NCBI GenBank assembly: GCA_040392885.1
Contig: JBEBVF010000001.1
Location: forward strand, 27,505 to 91,504
DNA length: 64,000 bases
Reading direction: 5' to 3'
DNA from: Paracoccus sp. (in: a-proteobacteria)
GTDB lineage: Bacteria > Pseudomonadota > Alphaproteobacteria > Rhodobacterales > Rhodobacteraceae
Part shown: positions 28,813 to 37,796 of the stretch, one piece after another
Layout: each line of letters starts with the position of its first letter
Numbering within the stretch: the stretch's first letter is position 1
Position numbers and translations under genes: made by a program
Notes under the pieces: model-generated
Database searches by the model: none
The model's input: the letters and a program-made list of their open reading frames with translations, nothing else
Told to the model about the DNA's origin: nothing

Positions 28813-29616
28813 ATGCAGAGATTTTCTGATCATGTGGTCGGGATGGTGCGAGGCAGCCTGAACCTCTCGCGGGTTTCCGCGCTGGCGGCGGTGGCGCTGC
28901 TGTCGCTGGCCACCAATGGCGTGGCGGCGGCGGCCCTGCCGGCCTGCGCGACGCCGCAGCTCTCGGGGTTCGAGACCGGCAGCGATCCCGCCGAGGGTTT
29001 CTCCAGAACCCAGTTGCAGCGCGGCGAGATCACCCTGACCGCCGACCCGGTGGACGGCGGCAACCGGGCCGCCTTCATGAGTGCCGAGCGCAAGCGCGGC
29101 GGCGAGGTGGGCAAGTCCGACCTGATCCTCGCCTTCTCGCCCGTCGGCGCCGGCCGCACCATCGAGATGGGCGGGCGGTTCCTGTTTCCGGCCGAGTCGC
29201 GGCTGGACAGCCTGATTCTGATGGACCTGGAATGCGCCTCCTGCGGGCTCGATACCAATCCCGGCATCCGCCTCTATCTGCGCGACGGCCTGTTGCGGGT
29301 GGATCGCTCCAAGATCGGCATCGAGGAGCCGTTCCTGCCCGGCGTGCCGCTGGCCCTGAAGACCGGCGGCTGGCATGAGATCAGGTGGGAGGTCACGCTG
29401 GGCATCGGCGCCGCCGGGCGCAGCCGGGTGTTCGTCGACGGCAGGCAGGTCCTGGACGCCCAGGGCACGACGCTGCTGAGCCAGGCGGTCGTCAAGCAGT
29501 TCGCCCCGATCAAGGTGCGCGAGCAGGCCGACCGCTTCCAGATCGGGCTGACGGCGAATTCCAACACCACCCGGCAGAGCCTGTATCTGGACGATGTGAG
29601 CATCTGCGCCCGATAG
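28813..29616 (+). CDS. Secreted polysaccharide lyase-like protein (beta-jelly-roll/LamG-like)
   Basis: Signal peptide; LMDLEC, PGIRLYL, GGWHEIRWEV, RVFVDG, YLDDV pattern of jelly-roll lyase-type proteins; lies inside the EPS locus. Confidence 0.6.
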   Translation: MQRFSDHVVGMVRGSLNLSRVSALAAVALLSLATNGVAAAALPACATPQLSGFETGSDPAEGFSRTQLQRGEITLTADPVDGGNRAAFMSAERKRGGEVGKSDLILAFSPVGAGRTIEMGGRFLFPAESRLDSLILMDLECASCGLDTNPGIRLYLRDGLLRVDRSKIGIEEPFLPGVPLALKTGGWHEIRWEVTLGIGAAGRSRVFVDGRQVLDAQGTTLLSQAVVKQFAPIKVREQADRFQIGLTANSNTTRQSLYLDDVSICAR

Positions 29617-29620
29617 GCCC

Positions 29621-30694
29621 TCAGGCCGAGGTGCAGGCCCGGACCATGCGCGCGATGGCGGGTTCGGTCACCCCTTCATGGATCGGCAGGCGCAGGACGT
29701 GGCGTTTCAGCGCCGCGGCCTCGGGGAAGCCCGACAGGTCGATGGCCGGGTGAAAGCGCCGCCAGAAGCGCACCGGCTCGATCCCGGCGCGGGCAAGAGC
29801 GGCAAACACCCGGTCCGGCTCGGCGGTCCAGAGGGGGAAATAGGCCGGGCAGGCGCCCGCGGGCAGGACCTCGATCAGCGGCCGCAACGCGGGCATGGCC
29901 GGAAGCCGGGCGGCCAGCGCGCGATAGTTCCGCCGTCGCACGGCGGCCACCCGCTCGTGATCGACATGCCCGAGCATGAAGCGGGTAATGCGCGAGGCGT
30001 GATCGCGCCGCGCCTCGTCACCGAAACCGGCGACGGCATCCCAGCGGTCGAGATCCGCGCCGCCCCGATCCCGCGGCCCGCTGCGGACCCGGCGGCGCAA
30101 GGCATTGGCCGAAAGCGATTTCAGTGCCGCCAGCGTGTGCCGCAAGGGCGGACGGCCCAGCGCGGGCAGCACCGCGTCCCGGCGCATCCACAGCGCGCCA
30201 CCATCCGGCACCCCCAGCGTCTTGACCAGCGAGAACACCGCCATGTCGCCGGCGCGTCCCAGCGGCGCCCCATCCGCGCCCCGCGAATACAGGCCCAGCG
30301 CCAGATCCTCGACCAGCAGCGCACCGGCCGCGCCGGCCAGATCGGCCAAAGCTGCCAGCGGCTGTTCCCGGCCGAAATAATGGATGACATGGATGGCGCC
30401 GCCACCCGCGCGCAGCAGCCGCGCCACATCGTCGAGATCGGCGCTCAGGTCGCGCCCCAGCCGATAGGGCACCGGCCGGCCGCCGGCGGCCAGGATGGCA
30501 TCAACCTCGGAGCCGCAATGCCATGCCGGCACCAGCACCCGCGCGCCACCCCGCAACCCGAGCGCACGCAGCCCGGCCCAGATCGCGGTGCGGCCATTGG
30601 CGGTCAGATGCGTGCGGGCATCGCCGAAGGGAAATGGCACCGGGCTGCGGCCGAAGGGGCCGGGCGCCGGGGATTTGGCGATGATACGGGTCAC
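29621..30694 (-). CDS. Short DegT/DnrJ-type PLP enzyme
   Basis: GRTAIWAGL, VLVPAWHC, VIHYFG, VEDLAL, FSLVKTLGVPDGG (PLP lysine), LRLPIH; GTG start overlaps the flippase stop (GTGA). Confidence 0.75.
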   Translation of the reverse strand: MTRIIAKSPAPGPFGRSPVPFPFGDARTHLTANGRTAIWAGLRALGLRGGARVLVPAWHCGSEVDAILAAGGRPVPYRLGRDLSADLDDVARLLRAGGGAIHVIHYFGREQPLAALADLAGAAGALLVEDLALGLYSRGADGAPLGRAGDMAVFSLVKTLGVPDGGALWMRRDAVLPALGRPPLRHTLAALKSLSANALRRRVRSGPRDRGGADLDRWDAVAGFGDEARRDHASRITRFMLGHVDHERVAAVRRRNYRALAARLPAMPALRPLIEVLPAGACPAYFPLWTAEPDRVFAALARAGIEPVRFWRRFHPAIDLSGFPEAAALKRHVLRLPIHEGVTEPAIARMVRACTSA

Positions 30695-32307
30695 GGCGTG
30701 CCCCCGCGGCCGAGCCGGCGTGCCAGCCGCCGTGTCAGCGCCCGGACCTCGGGGAGGCCGGTCAGCGCGGCGCTCAGCAGAAAGGTCAGCCCGCCCGCGG
30801 CACCGGACAGGCCAAGCGCCGCCAGCATCCGCAGCCGGCCGGCATCGCCCGCCGGCAGCACCGCCTCGCGCGTCAGCCAGATGGCGATGCCGGCCAGCGC
30901 CGAGGCCAGCGCCAGGCTGACGAAGGGCCGCAGCTCGCCCACGCGGACCGGCGCGCCGCTGTGACGCGACAGCCAGATCCACAGCATCACGAGGATGCCG
31001 GCCATCGACAGCAGCGCGCCGACCGGCACCGCGACGAGGCCCAGCCGCGGCACGAAAGCCAGGTCGAAACCGATGCGCAGGGCCAGCCCCAGCGCCGTCG
31101 ATCCGGCGATCATCGCCAGTTGCGGCAGCCTTCCATCGGCAAAGATCGCCGAGACCAGCGACCCCAGCACGGCATTGATCGGCATCAGCAGGGCCAGGAT
31201 GGCGAATACCGCGGCGGTGATGCGCGCATCCTCGGCGGTGAAGCGGCCATGCTGGAGGACGACATGGATGAACGGCCCGCCCAGCAGCACCAGGCTGACC
31301 GCCAGCGGCAGGATGAAGAACAGCGAGGTGCGGATGGAATCGCGCACCAGCACGCGAAAGGCGGCGCCGTCGCGCTCGGCCGAGGCGATGGCGAAATGCG
31401 TGTAATAGACCAGAACCACGCTGTTGGTGACCAGCCCCGGCGTCATGTTCACCATGCGCTGCGCAAAGTCGTAGGCGGCGACCATGCCCTCGCCGGTGGT
31501 CGAGGCGAAGGCGATGTCGATCCAGCCGGCGCCGATGATGTGGAACTGCGCCACCAGCATGGCGACGATGCGATGGCGGCCCAGCTCGGGCGGCGGCTGC
31601 GCCGGGGCGGGCACGACCGGGGGGTGGTCGCGCGCGAATACCCGCCGCCCGGCCAGGCCGAAGGCGACGCCCATCACGACCGTGCCCAGCAGGGTCGCGA
31701 CCGCCAGCCCGCCAAGGCCGAACCCCGCCACCGGCACCAGCAGCAGGGCGAGGAGAATCGCCAGCCGCGGCGCCAGCCGCGCAAGCACCGGCAGCGAATA
31801 GAGTTGCAGCGCGTTCAGCGTGGCCCCGGACAGCGCCGTGACCGCCGAGATCGGCATGCCCAGCAGCAGGATGCGGAAATACAGCACCGCCCTGTCCACC
31901 CGGTCGGCATCAAAGCCCGGCGCCAGCAGCCGCACGATCGGCTCGGCCAGCAGCAAGCCGAGGGCGGTTGCCGCCAGGCTGACCAGCAGCAGCCGCCGGG
32001 CGCTGACGGAAAGCCGGAGGCGCAAGACCTCCATCCCCTCGTTGCGGGCGACCCGGACCAGCGGCGGTACCTGCAGCAGGTGAAAGGCCCGCTCCAGCCC
32101 CATGGCGAGGTTGGAGGTCACCCGCCGGCCGAGGAAATAGGCATCCGTCGCCGCCGAGGCCCCGTAAAGGGTGGCGATGCCCATGGCAATCAGCAGCCCG
32201 AGGACCGAACCCAGCCCCTTCAACAGCGTGACGCTGACGATGCTCAGCATGGTCCGGGGCGCACCGCGGCCGGTATCGGGACCGGCCGGGTGCGGCGCGG
32301 CCGTCAT
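30691..32307 (-). CDS. MOP-superfamily flippase (MurJ/Wzx-like)
   Basis: LYGASAATDAYF, LLAPGF, YDFAQR, LQHGRFTAED; 12-14 TM segments. Confidence 0.85.
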   Translation of the reverse strand: MTAAPHPAGPDTGRGAPRTMLSIVSVTLLKGLGSVLGLLIAMGIATLYGASAATDAYFLGRRVTSNLAMGLERAFHLLQVPPLVRVARNEGMEVLRLRLSVSARRLLLVSLAATALGLLLAEPIVRLLAPGFDADRVDRAVLYFRILLLGMPISAVTALSGATLNALQLYSLPVLARLAPRLAILLALLLVPVAGFGLGGLAVATLLGTVVMGVAFGLAGRRVFARDHPPVVPAPAQPPPELGRHRIVAMLVAQFHIIGAGWIDIAFASTTGEGMVAAYDFAQRMVNMTPGLVTNSVVLVYYTHFAIASAERDGAAFRVLVRDSIRTSLFFILPLAVSLVLLGGPFIHVVLQHGRFTAEDARITAAVFAILALLMPINAVLGSLVSAIFADGRLPQLAMIAGSTALGLALRIGFDLAFVPRLGLVAVPVGALLSMAGILVMLWIWLSRHSGAPVRVGELRPFVSLALASALAGIAIWLTREAVLPAGDAGRLRMLAALGLSGAAGGLTFLLSAALTGLPEVRALTRRLARRLGRGGTP

Positions 32308-32531
32308 GCGCGCCCCGTGGCGCTGCCGCATGTCCCCGGCCGGCGGCATGGCCGGAGGACGAGCCTCGCCGGTTTTCGGACCCGATGGTGCATGATGCGC
32401 GGCTCCAACCTCCCTCGGCGTGGCCTATTCTTAATGCATTCATGAAACGCTGTTAATTCTTCTGTGCGACTCGCCGGTATTAGTGTAACACAATACCTCT
32501 GGACCCAGTAAGGGTCCTTATTCGGGAGTGT

Positions 32532-33671
32532 ATGATGCTCCAAACCGACAACCCCCGCGAGAATCATTTCCAAGTCGTTTCCGCCCCAACCATTTCTCCC
32601 AATAGTTGTGCAACTCTGGGGGAATTCGCATTTGCAGCATCGCGACCCCTGCCCCGTCCCCGCGGCCTGCTGTCGGGGGCGGAATTGCGCGCCGGCTATC
32701 TGGTCGAGAATGAGGCGCTGGATGCAATCTACAACCGGACGCTGGCAGCCATGCTGCTGATAATGATTTCGCCAATCTTTCTGGTCATATGCGTCCTGAT
32801 GAAGCTGACCACGCCCGGCCCGGTCCTTTACCGCGGCGCGCGGCTGGGGCGGGGCCGGAAGGTCTTCCACATGCTGAAGTTCCGCACGCTGGCGACAGAG
32901 GCCGCCCGCCTCACCCGCGACCGGACGCTGCCGCGCCACAACCTCTGCGAGACCCCGCTCGGCACCTATCTGCGCAAGTCGCGCCTCGACGAGCTGCCGC
33001 AGCTGCTGAACATCCTGCGCGGCGAGATGGTGTTCTACGGCCCGCGCCCGATTCGCCCCGAGGTCGAGGACCACTACATGTCGGCCGCGCCGAGCTATGC
33101 GCTACGCTTTGTGGTGCGGCCGGGGCTGATCGGGCTGGCGCAGGCGCGGCTGACGCACGAGACACCAAAGGCCGCGCGCGCCCGGCTGACCGCGATGTGC
33201 TGCCGGGCGCCGGTCAACTATCCCCGGCAGACCGTGTTCATCACCTGGATCGGGCTTTGCGTCCTGTGGCGCACGCTGACCGCGATCGGCGATGCGCTGG
33301 GCGATCTGGCCTCGCCGATCCACGGGCACAAATGGCTGCGCTCGGGGTTCAGCCGCCCCTCCGCCAGCCGCATCGAGATCATCACCGACAACGAGACCCG
33401 GGTCGCGGTGCTGAGCGGCATTTCCGACGAGATCGTGCAATTCGTCTCGCCGCGGCGGCTGGCGCCCCGGCGTTATTCCGCCGAATTGGTTCGCCAGCGA
33501 CGACGGCATCGAATTGCACGGGTTCCGGTGACGATAAATCTGCAAATCGTCACCCCGGTCGGAGTAGGACAGCCGGGGGTCGCCCATTACGCCGCCTATC
33601 GCGTCAATTCGGACTATTCCCGATACATGATCGAGCGCTATTTCCTGCGTTCGGCCGTGGTTCCGTCCTAA
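32532..33671 (+). CDS. Priming phosphoglycosyl transferase with C-terminal extension
   Basis: SPGPVL-like PGPVLYR, LKFRTL, SRLDELPQLLNILRGEM.FYGPRP, VRPGLIGLAQ; about 110 extra beta-rich residues; true start may lie downstream. Confidence 0.85.
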   Translation: MMLQTDNPRENHFQVVSAPTISPNSCATLGEFAFAASRPLPRPRGLLSGAELRAGYLVENEALDAIYNRTLAAMLLIMISPIFLVICVLMKLTTPGPVLYRGARLGRGRKVFHMLKFRTLATEAARLTRDRTLPRHNLCETPLGTYLRKSRLDELPQLLNILRGEMVFYGPRPIRPEVEDHYMSAAPSYALRFVVRPGLIGLAQARLTHETPKAARARLTAMCCRAPVNYPRQTVFITWIGLCVLWRTLTAIGDALGDLASPIHGHKWLRSGFSRPSASRIEIITDNETRVAVLSGISDEIVQFVSPRRLAPRRYSAELVRQRRRHRIARVPVTINLQIVTPVGVGQPGVAHYAAYRVNSDYSRYMIERYFLRSAVVPS

Positions 33672-33710
33672 GGCTGCAATCGACGCATTCCCCGGAAACG
33701 GAGTGGCCAG

Positions 33711-35123
33711 ATGATCCAGCAATATGCCGAGCTTTTGCGCCATTACCGCAGGCTGGTGGCGACGATATTTTTCGGCATTGTCGGCGGCGTGGGATTGGTC
33801 AGCACCTTCTTTCTGTTCGTCATGCCGCTTTATACCGCGACCACGACGGTCAGCCTGCTGCCCACCCAGTCGGAACTGGCCTATAGCGATGCGTTTTCAC
33901 GGGGCGGCTCGCTCAACCCCGCCAATCTGATGAGCGAGACCCATATCGAATACCTGCTCAGCCGCGAGACCGCGCAGCGCACCGTCGACCGGCTGATCGC
34001 CGAATACGGCACCCCGGAGCCGGTGGTGCGCAGCGGTTTCCGTGCCGTGCTGGGCGACGGCTTCCGCCTGTTCAAGAATACGCTGCGCCGCGTCTACAAC
34101 CTCCTGAATTCGGGCAAGCACGTACCGATCGACGCCTATACCGATGCCGTGCTGAGCATGCAGGATTCCATCGACGCCGAAATGGTCGAGGGCACCTATA
34201 TCCTCGAATTGTCGGTGACCTGGGATTCCCCCGAAGTGGCCGCGGCCGCCGCCAACATGCTGGCCGATGTCTATGTCGAGCGCGCCCGCGAACAGGCCCG
34301 AGACGCCGCATTGCAACTGGAGCAGGAACTGACCGCGCAGCTGGAGCGCAATACCGGCATCTCGCCCGAGATCAGCAGCCAGATCGAGGCACTGCGGCTG
34401 GCGCGGGCGACGGGGTTCAACGTGCTGCGGGTGGTCGACCGGGCCAGCGTGCCGGTCTATCCCAGCTTTCCCAAGGTGGTCATCAACGTGCTGATCGCCA
34501 TCGCCGCGGCCCTTGTGCTGTCGATCTTTGCGCTGGTCAGCATCGACACTTTCTCGGGAAAGGTGACGACCCGCGGCGATCTGGCCCGGCTTCTGGGCGG
34601 GCTCGCGCTGCCGACCAGCCGGCCGCACGACCTGCGCCGCGCCGCCGGGGCCGCGCGCCTCCTGCGCCTGCATGCCGATGTGAACGGCACCCCCGGCGCC
34701 GTGCTGTCGCTGGAAGGCGACCGCGACGCCGACCTGGCCGCGGCGCTGCTCGAACGCGCGCTCTGGCCGGGGCTGAGCCCGTCGCGGCAGGGTGCCGGGG
34801 CCGCGCGGTCGGTGCTGTTTCTGGACAGCCGGCGCCGCGACGCGCTGGCACCGGGACGGACGCGGGTGGCCGTCGGCGCCGAATCGCTGGCCGATCCCCC
34901 CGGCGCCGCCACCAGGCCCGAGGCCGCCGCCAAAGCGGTGCCGGGCATGGTCAGTCTCGGCGGCGCCGCCGAGAGCTTTTCGTTGGCCGGCCTGTCCATG
35001 CCGTCCTGGCTGGTGATCGTGATGCGCCCCGGCCGCATCACGGAGGCCGAATTGCAGCGCGTGGCTGAGGAATGGCGGCAGCGCGGCGTTCCGGCGGTCT
35101 TCGGCATGTTGTTGAAGGCGTGA
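33711..35123 (+). CDS. Polysaccharide co-polymerase (Wzz/Wzc-like) with degenerate C-terminal domain
   Basis: N-terminal TM, PLYTATTTV, AAAAANMLADVY, RVVDRASVP...P.P, second TM; no Walker A in the C-terminus. Confidence 0.75.
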   Translation: MIQQYAELLRHYRRLVATIFFGIVGGVGLVSTFFLFVMPLYTATTTVSLLPTQSELAYSDAFSRGGSLNPANLMSETHIEYLLSRETAQRTVDRLIAEYGTPEPVVRSGFRAVLGDGFRLFKNTLRRVYNLLNSGKHVPIDAYTDAVLSMQDSIDAEMVEGTYILELSVTWDSPEVAAAAANMLADVYVERAREQARDAALQLEQELTAQLERNTGISPEISSQIEALRLARATGFNVLRVVDRASVPVYPSFPKVVINVLIAIAAALVLSIFALVSIDTFSGKVTTRGDLARLLGGLALPTSRPHDLRRAAGAARLLRLHADVNGTPGAVLSLEGDRDADLAAALLERALWPGLSPSRQGAGAARSVLFLDSRRRDALAPGRTRVAVGAESLADPPGAATRPEAAAKAVPGMVSLGGAAESFSLAGLSMPSWLVIVMRPGRITEAELQRVAEEWRQRGVPAVFGMLLKA

Positions 35124-35126
35124 CCC

Positions 35127-36416
35127 ATGCCGGACGGAGCCCTCCCCCCGTGCGCTGTCCCTCTGTCGCAGGGCACCGTCCGGGCCGCGCGCGACCGCAT
35201 CGCCCTGCGCCGGCGGGCGGTGGCGATCTGGTCGGCGGGGGTGCTGGCGATCCTGGCCGCAGGGGTTGCCGCCCGGGCCACCGGGGCGCCGGGCGGACTG
35301 GCGGGGGGCGGGGTACTGGCCGGGCTGGCGGCATGGCGGCTCTTGCAGGACCGGTTCATGCGCACCACCGGCGGCATTCCCGTCCTGACCTGGCACAGCG
35401 TCAGCCGCGATGCCGGCTGGCTGCCCTGGGCCGAGGCGACCTCGGTCACGCCCGAGACGCTGGACCGGCAACTGGCCCTGCTGCGCCGGATGGGCTGCCA
35501 GAGCATGGACAGCGTGGAATTCGTCCGCCGCCGCATGGCCGGCGCGACCGTGCCGCCCGAGACGGTGATCCTGCATTTCGACGACGGCTATCTGGACAAC
35601 TGGGTGGCCGCCGCCCCGCTGCTGGCGCGGCATGACATGCGGGCCAGCCTGTTCGTCTCGCTGGATTTCATCGCACCGCCGCGACCGGTGCCGGCGACGA
35701 TCCTCGACCCCGGCGCGGTGCTGCGCTGGGACGGCTATCTGTCCTGGGACGAGCTGCGGGCCCTGGATGGCGGCGCCTTTGGCGGGGCATTCGGGATCGA
35801 GCCCCATGGCGTCGATCATGGCCGCGTGCCCGTCGGGCCGAGGGTGGTGGATCACGTCGACCCCGGCAACTGGCGGCGGCTGGCCTGGGTGCAATGGGCG
35901 GCGATGCCCGGCGACAAGCACGACTGGTATGTCTCCGACGCGCCGCCGGCGCGGGGCCATGGCACCCCCGTCCATGAAAGCGCCCCGGCGCTGGCCGCCC
36001 CGGCCTGGAGCCCGGGCGGCGGCGAGGACGAGGCCGCCTATAGCGCCCGCCTGTTGCGCGACCTACTGGCCTGCCGGCAGGCCTTCCTGACCCGGCTCGG
36101 CCGGGCGCCGAACATCTTCTGCTGGCCGCAGAACCGCGCCAGCGATGCCGGCCGCGCCATCGCCGCCGAGACCGGCTATCTGGCGACCACCGCCGGGCAT
36201 GGCACCAACCGCGCCGACGAGGACCCCGCCATCCTTTCGCGCGTCCATGTCGGCGAGCGGGTGGCCGGGTTCCGCTGGCCGGCGGCGGACGACCTGTTCC
36301 TGCGCGCCACCATCCTCGGCTTTCGCGGCAATCACTACTGGTATTTCCCGGTGCTGGCGCTGTCGCTGCTGCGGCGGGCGGTCACCGCCCTGCGGGTGGC
36401 GGGAGGTGGCGCATGA
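35127..36416 (+). CDS. Membrane-anchored CE4 polysaccharide deacetylase
   Basis: N-terminal hydrophobic segments, PVLTWHSV, HFDDGYLDN, HGVDH, FCWP. Confidence 0.85.
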   Translation: MPDGALPPCAVPLSQGTVRAARDRIALRRRAVAIWSAGVLAILAAGVAARATGAPGGLAGGGVLAGLAAWRLLQDRFMRTTGGIPVLTWHSVSRDAGWLPWAEATSVTPETLDRQLALLRRMGCQSMDSVEFVRRRMAGATVPPETVILHFDDGYLDNWVAAAPLLARHDMRASLFVSLDFIAPPRPVPATILDPGAVLRWDGYLSWDELRALDGGAFGGAFGIEPHGVDHGRVPVGPRVVDHVDPGNWRRLAWVQWAAMPGDKHDWYVSDAPPARGHGTPVHESAPALAAPAWSPGGGEDEAAYSARLLRDLLACRQAFLTRLGRAPNIFCWPQNRASDAGRAIAAETGYLATTAGHGTNRADEDPAILSRVHVGERVAGFRWPAADDLFLRATILGFRGNHYWYFPVLALSLLRRAVTALRVAGGGA

Positions 36417-37795
36417 TCGGGCTGGGCCTGCGTCTTTCCGGGCTGGCCGCGGGTTTCCTGCTGCTGTCGCTGATCATCGTGGCGATGGGTTCGGCCTCGC
36501 TGATGCTGTCGGCGGCGCTGGTGCCCGGCCTGGTCATCGGCGCCGCCATTGCCTGCCAGCCATTTGCCGGGCTGGTGCTGCTGGTGGTCTTTGCCCAGCT
36601 CGACGCGGTGGCCAACATCGTCTCGCAGGCACTGCCGATCTCGCTCTACAAGCTGCTGACGCTGGCGGTGCTGGGCGGGTTCGGGCTGATGGCGGTGGCT
36701 GGCCCGCGCCCCCTGCGGCTGGGCGAACGCTCGCGCGAGATGCAGGTCACGGTGCTGTTCGCGCTGGCCATGGCGCTGTCCTTCCTGCTTTGCGAATACA
36801 AGGGCGCGGCCATGGGGCGGCTGATCGGGTTCTACAGCGTGATCCTGCTGTTCTTCCTGATCTCGGTCCTGGTCGATTCGCCGCGCCGGCTGGAGGTGCT
36901 GGTCTGGGCGCTGGTGCTAACCGGGCTAGTCTCCTCGGTGCTGGTGCTGCTCGACACCTTTCTCGGTGTGCGGCTGGTCTCGACCTCGGCGGCGGCGGCG
37001 ACGGCGCAGTTCAACGGCCAGGCCCGTTCGGCGGGCGGGTCCGACTACAACCCCACCACGGCCGCGCATATGCTGATGGCGACCACGATCATCGCCGGGG
37101 TGCTGCTGGTGCGCCATCCCCGCTGGCGGGCGCTGAGCGGGCTGGCCTTCGCCCTCGGCGTGCCGGCGCTGGTCTTCACCTTTGCCCGCAGCGCCGCCAT
37201 CGCCTTCGCCGTGGTGGCGCTGGTCTTCGTCTGGCGCCAGCGCCGGCACCGGCTGTTTCCGTTCCTGCTCATCCTCGGCCTGATCGCGCTGGGCGCGGGG
37301 CTGTTCTTCGTGCCGCCGCTGTTCTGGGCGCGGATGCTGACGCTGCTGGATTTCGGCCTCGACCGGACGCTGCTGCGGCGGGTGTCCTACAACATCATCG
37401 GCTTCGAGCTGTGGGTGCAGCACCCGGTCCTGGGCATCGGCCCGGGCAATTTCCCGCAATATTACGCCGGGCCGGATTTCCGCTGGTTCCCCGGGCGCGA
37501 GCCGATGCCCCGGCAGCTGCACAACACCTATATGGAGCTGCTGACCGAGACCGGGCTGGTCGGGCTGGGCCTGTTCCTGGGCGTCATGCTGGCCTGCCTG
37601 CGCAAGGCCGCGCAGGTGGCGCGGCGCGGCGCCGGCCCGGTGGCGCCGCTGGCCGAGGCGCTGGCCTATGCCTTTGCAGGCTTCCTGCTGGCCTCGGTCT
37701 TCATGCCCAACGAGGACACCAAGTTCATGTGGCTCCTGCCCGGCCTGTGCCTGGCCGCCTGGCGGCTGGCGCGCCCGGAAACGGAAGGGGGCTGA
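36413..37795 (+). CDS. Wzy-like polymerase / O-antigen ligase family protein
   Basis: About 12 TM segments; TFARSA, HPVLGIGPGNF, LHNTYMELLTETGLVG. Confidence 0.88.
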   Translation: MIGLGLRLSGLAAGFLLLSLIIVAMGSASLMLSAALVPGLVIGAAIACQPFAGLVLLVVFAQLDAVANIVSQALPISLYKLLTLAVLGGFGLMAVAGPRPLRLGERSREMQVTVLFALAMALSFLLCEYKGAAMGRLIGFYSVILLFFLISVLVDSPRRLEVLVWALVLTGLVSSVLVLLDTFLGVRLVSTSAAAATAQFNGQARSAGGSDYNPTTAAHMLMATTIIAGVLLVRHPRWRALSGLAFALGVPALVFTFARSAAIAFAVVALVFVWRQRRHRLFPFLLILGLIALGAGLFFVPPLFWARMLTLLDFGLDRTLLRRVSYNIIGFELWVQHPVLGIGPGNFPQYYAGPDFRWFPGREPMPRQLHNTYMELLTETGLVGLGLFLGVMLACLRKAAQVARRGAGPVAPLAEALAYAFAGFLLASVFMPNEDTKFMWLLPGLCLAAWRLARPETEGG

Positions 37796-37796
37796 G

